From NCBI GenBank assembly GCA_037442365.1, contig JBBIQK010000002.1, forward strand, positions 5,492 through 69,491: a stretch of DNA of 64,000 bases. Direction: 5' to 3'. Every line of letters starts with the position of its first letter. The stretch's first letter is position 1. The stretch is from Armatimonadota bacterium (lineage in GTDB: Bacteria; Armatimonadota; Fimbriimonadia; Fimbriimonadales; GBS-DC). The notes under the pieces were generated by a model. That model had not been told where the DNA came from. It saw nothing but the letters and a program-made list of their open reading frames with translations, and made no database searches. The translations under genes and the position numbers were made by a program. Shown in pieces: positions 25,178-35,360 of this stretch.

Positions 25178-26881
25178 TCAGTTCTTAATCCAGTTGCGCA
25201 ACAGCGCCGCAATATGCTCTGGCTTATTATCGGCGAATCGCTGGATTTCCAGCAGTTCGGGCTGGGTGCGCTCACGGATTCGCTCGGCAAGCTCTTCTTC
25301 GATAACGGAGGGTCCCCGTCGCTTGCGCACGATGACCGTGCCGTCGGGACCAACCTCCTCGACGAGCGTGATTCCGTCTTCGTCGACGACGGCGTTCAGG
25401 GCGTGTTCCGAGCCGTCGGTAATCGCGCCTGCAGGAGCGACGCCTGCGCCGACCTGCATCGCGCCGCCGCCGGGCAACGCCGCCAGCGCTTTCGGCTGCG
25501 GCGCAGGACGCCGAATCTGCTTGCCAATCACGCGCGCCAGGAAAATCGCGACAATCAGGAGCAGAATCACGGGCAGCAACCGCCACAACAGCTCCTGACG
25601 CTGGGCGGCTTCGCGCGCCTGCTGCTCTTTCGCCGCCTGCTCTGCCTGCGAGGCGTCGAACTTGACGCGCTGCACGGTCACGACTCGGTTCGGCTGGTTG
25701 GGCGCGACGCCGACCGTCGCCTCCAGCCAGTTGCGCACGGCGGTCAGCGCCTCGTCAGGCACGCCCTCGTCGACCAGCGTCGCGACGCTGAGCCGTTCGA
25801 TGCGCCCTGGCGCACGGATGATATGCTCCACCTGTTTGTTGATTTCGTAGTTGCGGACGGTATCTTCCCGGTTGTATTCGCCGACACCGCCCCCACCCAG
25901 CGGCGCAGCGGGATACATCGGGTTCTCGGCGCGGTTGCCTGCGATTCCCGCCGCCCCTCCCCCAGCGGGCGGATTGCCGTTCAGTCGCTCGGTTGCGGTC
26001 GTTTCGCTAATCACGGCGGCGCGGTTCGGGTCTAACGGCTCCACGCGCTGCGCCTGCACCTCCTCCTTATCGAGGTTCAGCTCCGCCTGCACCATCACGC
26101 TGGACTTGTTGGGTCCCAGCACGCGGTCTAAATGCTGTTGCAGCTGGCGGCGCAGTTCCTCGGCGTAGGCGCGTTCGGCTTCGCGGCGCGTGCGAATCAG
26201 TTCGTTGTCCACCGCGTACTGGTCGCCCCCCTGCCACAGCGGGCGCGCCTCCGAATCGACCACCGTCACATGCTCGGGCTTCAATCCCTCCACGCTGTGG
26301 CTGACCAGATGCACGATTCCGCGCACCTGCTCGCGGGTGAGCGTCGCATTCGGCTTGAGCGCGACCACCACGCTGGCGGTCGGCTCCGTGCGCGAGTCGG
26401 CAAACGGCGAGTCGTTGCCCGGCGTGATATGCACGCGCGCGCTCTCCACCGGCTCCAGATGGCGAATGGTGTTTGCCAGCTCCTCTTCGAGGGCGATGCG
26501 CAGGGTGTTCTGCTCCATCGACTGCGTCATGCCGAAGGGCGTCTTTTCGAGTCGGGCATAGCCGGGCGCGCCCGTTTTGGGCAAGCCTTGAGACGCCAGC
26601 TCCAGCCGCGCCTCTTCCGACCGATCCTGGGGCACTTCAATGACGCTCCCGCCGCCCGAAGTGCGCACGGGGATGTTTCTCTCGCGCAGCGCCTGCACCA
26701 CCGCGGCGGAGTCGGCAGGCGACAGCCCCGTGTAGAGGGTCGTGTAGGTCGGCGCGCTCGCCCAGAAGCCCAGCGCGACAAACAGCGCCAGCAGTCCCAC
26801 CACGCCGCCTATCAGCGCGATTCGCGTCGTGCGGGGCAGCTGCGCCCACCAGTCCCGAAACCGATTAATGGCGTTCTGCAT
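25178..26881 (-). CDS. fliF: flagellar M-ring protein FliF
   Basis: 567 aa with an N-terminal TM segment. YscJ/FliF domain (YTTLYTGLSPADSAAVVQALRERNIPV) and a second TM segment near the C-terminus. Confidence 0.9.
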   Translation of the reverse strand: MQNAINRFRDWWAQLPRTTRIALIGGVVGLLALFVALGFWASAPTYTTLYTGLSPADSAAVVQALRERNIPVRTSGGGSVIEVPQDRSEEARLELASQGLPKTGAPGYARLEKTPFGMTQSMEQNTLRIALEEELANTIRHLEPVESARVHITPGNDSPFADSRTEPTASVVVALKPNATLTREQVRGIVHLVSHSVEGLKPEHVTVVDSEARPLWQGGDQYAVDNELIRTRREAERAYAEELRRQLQQHLDRVLGPNKSSVMVQAELNLDKEEVQAQRVEPLDPNRAAVISETTATERLNGNPPAGGGAAGIAGNRAENPMYPAAPLGGGGVGEYNREDTVRNYEINKQVEHIIRAPGRIERLSVATLVDEGVPDEALTAVRNWLEATVGVAPNQPNRVVTVQRVKFDASQAEQAAKEQQAREAAQRQELLWRLLPVILLLIVAIFLARVIGKQIRRPAPQPKALAALPGGGAMQVGAGVAPAGAITDGSEHALNAVVDEDGITLVEEVGPDGTVIVRKRRGPSVIEEELAERIRERTQPELLEIQRFADNKPEHIAALLRNWIKN

Positions 26882-26887
26882 AGGCTA

Positions 26888-27214
26888 TCACACCTGCAAT
26901 CGCATAATCTCCTGATAGGCGTCCAGCACCTTGTTGCGCACCTGCAGGGTCAGCTGAAACGCGAGGCTGGCGCGCTCCATCGCCAGCACCAGCGTCTGTT
27001 CGTCGACAGGCTCCCCGCGTGCGAATCGCTGCGCCAGCGCCGCCGACTGTTGCTGGGCGTCGTTCACCTGCCCGATAATCTCGCGCAGCATGCCGCCGAA
27101 GTCGGCGCGGGGCGCTTCTTCCGCAGGCGCGTCGGGCGCCTGCAGCCATTGGGGCGGCGCCAGCTCCCGTATCTGAATGCGCGGCAAATCCTTCACGATG
27201 CCCTTGATTTCCAT
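26888..27214 (-). CDS. fliE: flagellar hook-basal body complex protein FliE
   Basis: 108 aa with FGGMLREIIGQVNDAQQQS...LQVRNKVLDAYQEIMRLQV. Confidence 0.85.
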   Translation of the reverse strand: MEIKGIVKDLPRIQIRELAPPQWLQAPDAPAEEAPRADFGGMLREIIGQVNDAQQQSAALAQRFARGEPVDEQTLVLAMERASLAFQLTLQVRNKVLDAYQEIMRLQV

Positions 27215-27225
27215 ACGCGCTCCCC

Positions 27226-27633
27226 TTAGACGCGCCCGATGTCCAGCGTGCGCATGAACATATCTTTTGCGGCGTTGAACGCCTGAATGTTCGCCTCGTA
27301 GGCGCGGCTCGCGCTAATCATGTCCACCATCTCGTGAACGATGTCCACATTCGGGTAGGTCACATAGCCGTTGGCGTCGGCGTCGGGGTGTCCGGGGTCA
27401 TACACCATGCGCGGGGGCGCAGAGTCCGTCGCGATCTGTGCGACACGTACGCCGCCCGGCATCTGCGGCGTCGGCGCCATCGGCTCGAAGAGGGCGACCT
27501 TCCGACGGTAGGGCTGTCCGTCGGGCGTGCGGGTGGTGTTCGCGTTCGCGAGGTTGTCGGCGACCAGGTCCATCCGCAATCGCTCCGCCGAAAGACCGCT
27601 CGCGCTCACCCGCAGTGTGCTAATCAGTCCCAT
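27226..27633 (-). CDS. flgC: flagellar basal-body rod protein FlgC
   Basis: SASGLSAERLRMDLVADNLANANTTRTPDG...YEANIQAFNAAKDMFMRTLDI. Confidence 0.9.
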   Translation of the reverse strand: MGLISTLRVSASGLSAERLRMDLVADNLANANTTRTPDGQPYRRKVALFEPMAPTPQMPGGVRVAQIATDSAPPRMVYDPGHPDADANGYVTYPNVDIVHEMVDMISASRAYEANIQAFNAAKDMFMRTLDIGRV

Positions 27634-27644
27634 CGCTTACCTCC

Positions 27645-28085
27645 TTATTGCCCGCGTCCTTCGCGGATGGCGTTCTGCAGCCCTCGAATCTGGCTGTTGG
27701 CGATACGCGCCAGCATCGAGTAGCGCATCTGGTTCTCGGCGAGTTGCGCCAGTTCGTATTCGGGGTCGATCGTGTTGCCGTCGGTGCGCATGGGCGTCGG
27801 CTGAGGCGCGGGGGTTGCCTCGCGCGGCTGTGCGCTGGGCGGCAGGCTCACATGGCGCGGGTCGGATACGCGCAGGGGCAGCGCGCCTGCCTGCATCGCG
27901 CGTTGCACGGACGGCGCAGGCGCGGATTCGCCCTCAGGCAAGTCCATCCGCACGAAATTCGGCGTGTTTGCGTTCGCGAGGTTGTGCGCCAGCAGCTTGT
28001 GGCGCGTCGTCGCGCGGTTCATCGCTCGCTCACTCGCCTGCAGAGTCGGCGTATCCCAAAAGGTACGGTAGTTGCTAATCCGCAT
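27645..28085 (-). CDS. flgB: flagellar basal-body rod protein FlgB
   Basis: RATTRHKLLAHNLANANTPNF...AENQMRYSMLARI. First gene of the flagellar run. Confidence 0.85.
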   Translation of the reverse strand: MRISNYRTFWDTPTLQASERAMNRATTRHKLLAHNLANANTPNFVRMDLPEGESAPAPSVQRAMQAGALPLRVSDPRHVSLPPSAQPREATPAPQPTPMRTDGNTIDPEYELAQLAENQMRYSMLARIANSQIRGLQNAIREGRGQ

Positions 28086-28165
28086 ACCGCGTCGCTCCTC
28101 TCGCGTCCGTGCAACAGTGCGCCAACCTCCTGTGGGCGCGTTCTGTTCGAAAACCTGCTTACCGA

Positions 28166-28194
28166 TTATCGGCGCGGGGGGGCGAAAGGTTTAG
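28166..28194 (-). promoter_or_regulatory. sigma28 (FliA)-like promoter upstream of flgB
   Basis: The minus strand reads CTAAA-N16-GCCGATAA (consensus TAAA-N15-GCCGATAA). The -10 box ends about 80 nt before the flgB ATG. The -35 overlaps the stop codon of the upstream gene. Confidence 0.35.
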
Positions 28195-28943
28195 GGGCGC
28201 GGCTGCTGCACCGCCAGCCAGTGTTCGAGGCGGTCGATGTCCGTGCCGACTTCGGGGTACGGGGTCAGGATGGCTTTGACGGGCACATGCAGGATTCGGG
28301 CGACGCGCTGTTCAATCTGCTCGATGCTCAGCAGGCGGGGCGAGAGGTACTGCGCCATCAGGAACCGCACGAGTAGCCCGACGCCGATTTGCATTGCGAG
28401 GCGCACGGGCTGCTTGCGCGCGCGATAGAGCGCTTCCAGCCGATGGAGTTCGCGCAGGGCGACGGTGCGCTGCGCCCAGAACAGGTTGCCCCCCGTGACC
28501 TCGCCCTCGCGCAGGCGCACGGTCGTGCGCGTCAGCTGCGGGAACCGCTGGCGACACAGGTCGGCGGGCACAACAGCGTAGGTCAGCGCGGCGCGGCTTG
28601 TAAGGCTCGCCTGCAGAAAAAAGCGCACGCTCTCAGCGGTCAGAAACGGCAGGTCAACCGTCGCAAATAGCACCGATTCGGTCTGGCTCCGTTCCAGCCC
28701 CAGCCGCACATTTTCCAGTAGGGTGTCGCGTGGGGGCAGGTTGGTGTAGCCCGCGCCCTGCGGGGCGTCGCCAATCAGCAGGATAGAGTCGATTCCCTCG
28801 ACCGCCTGCAGCGCGCGCACGACATGCAGGTACATCGGCGCGTCGCCGACGACCACCTCGGCGCGGGAGCGCGCGCCCGTTTGTTCGCGCCATGCGGCGT
28901 CTATCGCGCCGCCAGCCAGCACAATCGCAGTGGTCGGCTCCAT
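28191..28943 (-). CDS. MobA-like NTP-transferase family protein
   Basis: AIVLAGGAIDAAW...N-terminal nucleotidyltransferase signature and an ATVDLPFLT motif. 250 aa. Confidence 0.6.
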   Translation of the reverse strand: MEPTTAIVLAGGAIDAAWREQTGARSRAEVVVGDAPMYLHVVRALQAVEGIDSILLIGDAPQGAGYTNLPPRDTLLENVRLGLERSQTESVLFATVDLPFLTAESVRFFLQASLTSRAALTYAVVPADLCRQRFPQLTRTTVRLREGEVTGGNLFWAQRTVALRELHRLEALYRARKQPVRLAMQIGVGLLVRFLMAQYLSPRLLSIEQIEQRVARILHVPVKAILTPYPEVGTDIDRLEHWLAVQQPRP

Positions 28944-28946
28944 AGG

Positions 28947-29567
28947 CTACAGGGTCAGCAGGCGTTGCACGCGCAGGCGGCGTTCGGGGCGCGCCAGCGG
29001 CGCAATCGACTCACGCTCGCCCAGCACAAGACGTGTACGATAGGCATACCCGAAAGGCGCATCAGGCGACTCCATCGGGTCGCGATAGACTTCCAGCCGG
29101 CGGTGGTCTAAATCCAGCACCCAGTAGTCGGGAATGCCCGCGCGCGCGTACAGGCTGGACTTCACTTCGCGGTCGTAGGGCAGGCTGCTCTGAGCAACTT
29201 CGATAATAAGCAGGGCGTGCGTTGGGTGGGCGTGGGCGTAGTCGCGTGGGTCGCCCGCAACAACGGCGAGGTCGGGCTGCGGTTCGCTCGCGCCCAGCGT
29301 CAGAGGCGCCTGCATCCGCACCGTGTAGCCCTTGCCGAAGATGCGACGCAGGTAGTCGTACAAACTGTGTGTCGCGGCGACATGTTCTGGACCAATCGGC
29401 GTCATCTGCACAATCTCTCCTTCGATCAGCTCGACGCGCTCGTCCTCGTGCAGGATGCCCGCCGCCGCCAGACGGCGATATTCCTCGCGCGTGAACTTGC
29501 GTCGCGGTATCGCTCGCCAGATACGCGCCGCGCGCGAAGCCACACGGGTGGTACTGACTCGGCTCAT
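28947..29567 (-). CDS. Uma2 family (DUF820) restriction-endonuclease-fold protein
   Basis: FTREEYRRLAAAGILHEDERVELIEGEIV...PQPDLAVV...LLIIEVAQSSLPYDREVKSSLYARAGIPDYWVLDL. Start at ATG 29567. Confidence 0.8.
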   Translation of the reverse strand: MSRVSTTRVASRAARIWRAIPRRKFTREEYRRLAAAGILHEDERVELIEGEIVQMTPIGPEHVAATHSLYDYLRRIFGKGYTVRMQAPLTLGASEPQPDLAVVAGDPRDYAHAHPTHALLIIEVAQSSLPYDREVKSSLYARAGIPDYWVLDLDHRRLEVYRDPMESPDAPFGYAYRTRLVLGERESIAPLARPERRLRVQRLLTL

Positions 29568-29693
29568 CGCTTCAATTCTACCTGAGAGGAAATACAAGCC
29601 AAAGCGCTTGTATCGTTTCCGTTGCGGAAAACACTATTACTACTTACACTGAAAGTCGTATGCGCGTGCGGAACTGGGGCAGGCGTTCTGGGG

Positions 29694-29699
29694 TATCAT
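29694..29699 (+). promoter_or_regulatory. -10-like box TATCAT, 8 nt upstream of ATG 29708
   Basis: The context TGGGGTATCAT resembles other TGGGGTATA-type boxes in this window. No SD. Confidence 0.3.
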
Positions 29700-29707
29700 A
29701 GAGTGGG

Positions 29708-29955
29708 ATGGCAACGCTGAGAATTGAACTGAGCGAAACTGATTCGCAACGCTTGCAATATCTGGCGGAGTGCTGGCAGATGAGCGCTGAAGATCTGGCG
29801 CGCGAGGTGGTAAGCCAGTGGCTCCAGTTGACAGAGGATGACTGGCAGCGGCGTATGGAGCAGTTGCTGCAGGCGTTCCGACGCGCTTCACGATACCAGG
29901 CGCCCGAAGATATTGAGGCGGAAATCACCGCTGCCTATGAAGAGTATCGCCAGCG

Positions 29956-29968
<13 letters not shown>
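29708..29968 (+). CDS. ribbon-helix-helix (CopG-like) antitoxin
   Basis: 86 aa. MATLRIELSETDSQRLQYLAECWQMSAEDLAREVV is an RHH-like N-terminus. Overlaps the PIN gene by 13 nt. Confidence 0.6.
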
Positions 29969-31874
<1,906 letters not shown>

Positions 31875-31877
31875 GCG

Positions 31878-32285
31878 ATGCGCGAGTTCCTGCTGTCGAT
31901 TGTGAACCCCGAGCGCACCGTGCTGGAGGAGCGCGTGGTGCATGTGCGCCTGCCGGGCAGCGAAGGCTACTTCGGCGTGATGGCGGGGCACATGCCCTTC
32001 TTCGCGCAGTTGCAGTACGGCGTGGGCGAGTACCGCCGCGCGGACGGCGTCACGCGCAAGTTCACCGTGCTGGGCGGCTTCGCGGAGGTGCTGCCCGACC
32101 GCACGATTGTGCTGGCGGACGGCGCGGAGCTGGCGGACGAGATTGACCCCGACCGCGCCCGCGTCGCTCTGCGCAAAGCGCTGGAGGTGCTGAGCCAGCC
32201 GCTCTCCGAAGAAGAGCTGGCGGAGGCGCGCCTCGCCGTCGAACGCGCCAAAGCGCGCCTGCGCGCGATTGGCGAACAGGTATAG
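31878..32285 (+). CDS. atpC: F0F1 ATP synthase subunit epsilon
   Basis: 135 aa. Beta-sandwich N-terminus (SIVNPERTVLEERVVHVRLPGSEGYFGVMAGH) plus a helical C-terminus. Starts 4 nt after atpD. Confidence 0.9.
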   Translation: MREFLLSIVNPERTVLEERVVHVRLPGSEGYFGVMAGHMPFFAQLQYGVGEYRRADGVTRKFTVLGGFAEVLPDRTIVLADGAELADEIDPDRARVALRKALEVLSQPLSEEELAEARLAVERAKARLRAIGEQV

Positions 32286-32317
32286 CCCTGTTCACGAGAA
32301 TGCTTCGTGCGCCGATT

Positions 32318-32365
32318 CCCCTCCTTGAGGCGATTCCTGCAGGTATGGCGAGCCTTGAGGAGGGG
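32318..32365 (+). other. stem-loop (13-bp stem including 2 G-U pairs, 22-nt loop) between atpC and the permease gene
   Basis: CCCCTCCTTGAGG...CCTTGAGGAGGGG with no U-tract. The arm sequence differs at one position from the core arm of the MITE-like element at 45306. Confidence 0.3.
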
Positions 32366-32401
32366 ACGAGGCAACCCCATGACCGCTGAGGCTACTTCCC
32401 T

Positions 32402-34168
32402 ATGACCCTTGAGATTGCGCTCACGCTGGGCTTGCTCGTGGCGGCGATTGCGCTGTTCATCAGCAACCGCTTTCCGCCCGAAGTGGTCGCATTGATTCTG
32501 CTGGCGACGCTTCTGGTGAGTGGGCTGGTGCCTGTGGAGAAGGGGCTGCGGGGGTTCAGCAACGACGCCGTGATTACGATTGCCGCGATGTTCGTGCTGA
32601 GCGAGGGGTTGCAGCGCACGGGGCTCATCGGATGGGTCGCGCGCGGATTGGAACGATTGGCGCGGCGTGCGCCATGGCTGGCTATTATCACGCTGCTGTT
32701 GCTGACGGCGTTTCTGTCCGCGTTTGTGAACAACACGGCGGTCGTGGCGCTGTTTATTCCGCTGGCGCTCGCGGTCTCCGAGACGGCACGACAAAGCCCC
32801 TCGCGCCTGCTGCTTCCCCTCTCGTATGCCTCGATGCTGGGCGGAATCTGCACACTGATTGGTACCTCTACGAACCTCATCGTGAACGGAGTCGCGGTAC
32901 AGCGCGGGATCGAGCCGCTGGGCATGTTCGAGTTCACCCCGCTGGGACTGATTTTCACGGGGGTGGGGTTTGTGTACCTGCTGGCAATTGGCATGCGCGT
33001 GATTCCTGACCGTCGCCCTGCCGCCGACCCGGCGGACGCCTATCGGTTAAGCGCGTACATCACCGAAGTTGTGTTGACCGAGCAGTCGAAAGCGGCGGGC
33101 AAGCGTCTGATGGACGCTGACTTTGTGAAGGAGCTGGGCGTGGAGGTGCTGGACATCTGGCGCGACGGCGTGCGCCTGCTGCCCCTGCCCGACCGTATTC
33201 TGCAGGCGGGCGATTTGCTGCGTGTGCGGTGCAACTTGCAGCGGCTGCAACAGCTGGAGGGCGCGTATGGGCTGCAATTGCTGGTGGACAGCTCTCCGCA
33301 CCCCAACGACGAGCCGCCGTTGCTGGTGGAGCTGGTGTTGACGCCCAGTTCCTCGCTGGTCGGGCAGACGCTGCGCGAGAGCCGATTCCGCAACCGATTC
33401 GGCGCGACGGTGCTGGCGTTGCGTCATCGTCAGGAGATGGCGCTGGAGCAGTTCGCCGACATCCCCCTGCAGGCAGGCGACGCCATCGTGATTCAGATTG
33501 AGCGCGAGCGGCTGGGGGAATTGCTGCGGCTGCCCGATTTCATCCTCGTTTCCCAGGTGGAGGCGGCGCGTCCGCGTCCTGTGAAAGCGGCGCTGGCGGG
33601 GCTGATTATGGTAGGCGTCGTACTGATTGCCTCGATGGGCTGGTATCCGACGAGCGTCGCGGCGCTGGTGGGCGCGCTGGCGATGGTGCTGCTGGGCTGC
33701 CTCAAGCCCGACGAGGCGGTTCAGGCGATTGACTGGCGATTGCTGGTCATGCTGGGCGCGATGCTGGGACTGGGCATCGCGATGGAGGCGACAGGCGCAG
33801 CGCGCTGGCTTACGGTCTCTCTGGTCGGCTCGCTGGGCGCACTGGGACCGATGGTTGTGCTGGCGAGCTTTTATCTACTCACCTCACTACTAACGGAGAT
33901 CATGTCCAACAACGCGACGGCGGTGCTAATGGCGGCGCTGGCGATAGAGGTCGCTGCCGCGCTGGGGGTGGATGCGCGACCGTTTTTGTTCGCCGTTGCC
34001 TACGCCGCCTCCGCCAGCTTCATGACCCCCATCGGCTACCAGACGAACACGATGGTGTTTGGCGTCGGGCAATATCAGTTCAGCGATTTCGTGCGCGTCG
34101 GGCTACCGTTGAACCTGCTGTTCTGGATTCTGGCGACCGTGCTGATACCGCGATTCTGGGGCTTTTGA
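32402..34168 (+). CDS. SLC13/DASS family permease with two central TrkA-C (RCK_C) domains
   Basis: 588 aa, multi-TM. The FVNNTAVVALFIP and MSNNATAVLMA hairpin motifs and two TrkA-C-like segments between the transporter halves. Confidence 0.85.
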   Translation: MTLEIALTLGLLVAAIALFISNRFPPEVVALILLATLLVSGLVPVEKGLRGFSNDAVITIAAMFVLSEGLQRTGLIGWVARGLERLARRAPWLAIITLLLLTAFLSAFVNNTAVVALFIPLALAVSETARQSPSRLLLPLSYASMLGGICTLIGTSTNLIVNGVAVQRGIEPLGMFEFTPLGLIFTGVGFVYLLAIGMRVIPDRRPAADPADAYRLSAYITEVVLTEQSKAAGKRLMDADFVKELGVEVLDIWRDGVRLLPLPDRILQAGDLLRVRCNLQRLQQLEGAYGLQLLVDSSPHPNDEPPLLVELVLTPSSSLVGQTLRESRFRNRFGATVLALRHRQEMALEQFADIPLQAGDAIVIQIERERLGELLRLPDFILVSQVEAARPRPVKAALAGLIMVGVVLIASMGWYPTSVAALVGALAMVLLGCLKPDEAVQAIDWRLLVMLGAMLGLGIAMEATGAARWLTVSLVGSLGALGPMVVLASFYLLTSLLTEIMSNNATAVLMAALAIEVAAALGVDARPFLFAVAYAASASFMTPIGYQTNTMVFGVGQYQFSDFVRVGLPLNLLFWILATVLIPRFWGF

Positions 34169-34221
34169 GGCGCACACCCCTTGACACACCCCTGCGCGAT
34201 TGGGGTATATTAATGAGGCGT

Positions 34222-34308
34222 GCGGACGTGGTGGAATTGGTAGACACGCTAGATTCAGGTTCTAGTGGGCGAAAGCCTGTGGGAGTTCGAGTCTCCCCGT
34301 CCGCACCA
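34222..34308 (+). tRNA. tRNA-Leu (anticodon CAG), long variable arm, CCA encoded
   Basis: GCGGACG-TG-GTGG-AATTGGTAGA-CAC...CTAGA-TTCAGGT-TCTAG, then a variable arm GTGGGCGAAAGCCTGT, a T-arm, and CGTCCGC-A-CCA. Confidence 0.9.
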
Positions 34309-34312
34309 TCTT

Positions 34313-34389
34313 GGCGGCGTAGCTCAGTTGGTGAGAGCGACCGGCTCATACCCGGTAGGTCGGCGGTTCGAGTCCGCCCGCCGCTACCA
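34313..34389 (+). tRNA. tRNA with anticodon CAT (Met or Ile2/lysidine), CCA encoded
   Basis: GGCGGCG-TA-GCTC-AGTTGGTGA-GAGC-G-ACCGG-CTCATAC-CCGGT-AGGTC-GGCGG-TTCGAGT-CCGCC-CGCCGCT-A-CCA. Lies 4 nt after tRNA-Leu. Confidence 0.85.
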
Positions 34390-34469
34390 CGCACAAATTC
34401 AGCCGTTTTCGCCCCTCTAATCGCCCGTGCCCGGTGGGTCTTCAACACCCTATCACTCCTGCCTGTTGG

Positions 34470-35360
34470 TCAGGGGTCAGGCTCCCCGATTTTCTCCGTA
34501 CTACAGACGAAGTTTCCCAATCCCCTCGCACGCGGCAGGGGGCGTCCGCCCTCCAACCAGAGCGGGATGGGCTGAATTGCGCGCACCCCTGATTTGTCCA
34601 GCGTCGCCGCGAGCAGAACCGCCTCGCGCACCCGCCGCGAACGAGGCGTGTGAATGAAGTTGCCGACGCTGTAGAACACATGCGCCTGCCCTACCCGTTC
34701 GAAGCCCTGAACCACATGGGGATGATGCCCGACGATGAGGGTCGCGCCTGCGTCGGCGAGCAGGCGTGCGAGACGGCGTTGCTTCGCATTCGGCTCAGTC
34801 GTGCCTTCGTCGCCCCAATGAGGGATGACTACGAGTACGTCGGCGTTGGCGCGCGCCTCGCGGAGCGTCGGTAGAACCATCTCCAGCGTGGCGACGCCGG
34901 GCGTGCGCGCGCCTGCAGGGAACCCGCGCGGCACAACCGCCGTGAAGCACATAAACGTGACGCGCAGCCCGCCGAAGTCTACCTGCACCGCCTGCGCCGC
35001 CTGCGCGCGATTCGCGCCAGCGCCCGCCCACCACACGCCCGCCCGCCAGAGATGCCCCATCGTGTCCAGCAAAGCAGGCGCGCCGTAGTCCATCGAGTGG
35101 TTGTTGCCCAGCGAGACCATCGAGACGCCTGCAAGGCGCAGATGCTTCGCCAGTTCGGGCGGCGCGCGGAAAGTGTACTCTTTGGGGAGGGGCGTGCCGC
35201 ACGTGCTGATACAGCCCTCCATGTTTAACACGCACCAGTCCGCCTGACGCAGCAGGGGCGCAATCAGCTCGAAAAAGTAGCCCAGCCCGTGCACTCGCGC
35301 GAGTTGCGACACGCCTCTGCCGAAAATAATGTCGCCGCCAATCAGCACGCGCACTGCCAT
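34470..35360 (-). CDS. CapA-family (PGA_cap) metallophosphatase-fold protein
   Basis: VLIGGDIIFGR...NMEGCIS...SLGNNHSMDYG...VIPHWGDEG...GHHPHVVQG. Confidence 0.75.
   Translation of the reverse strand: MAVRVLIGGDIIFGRGVSQLARVHGLGYFFELIAPLLRQADWCVLNMEGCISTCGTPLPKEYTFRAPPELAKHLRLAGVSMVSLGNNHSMDYGAPALLDTMGHLWRAGVWWAGAGANRAQAAQAVQVDFGGLRVTFMCFTAVVPRGFPAGARTPGVATLEMVLPTLREARANADVLVVIPHWGDEGTTEPNAKQRRLARLLADAGATLIVGHHPHVVQGFERVGQAHVFYSVGNFIHTPRSRRVREAVLLAATLDKSGVRAIQPIPLWLEGGRPLPRARGLGNFVCSTEKIGEPDP

Noticed and set aside
23933-26035. 700-aa ORF antisense to fliH, fliG and fliF
   Set aside because: It spans three well-supported minus-strand flagellar genes, and its product has no recognisable features.
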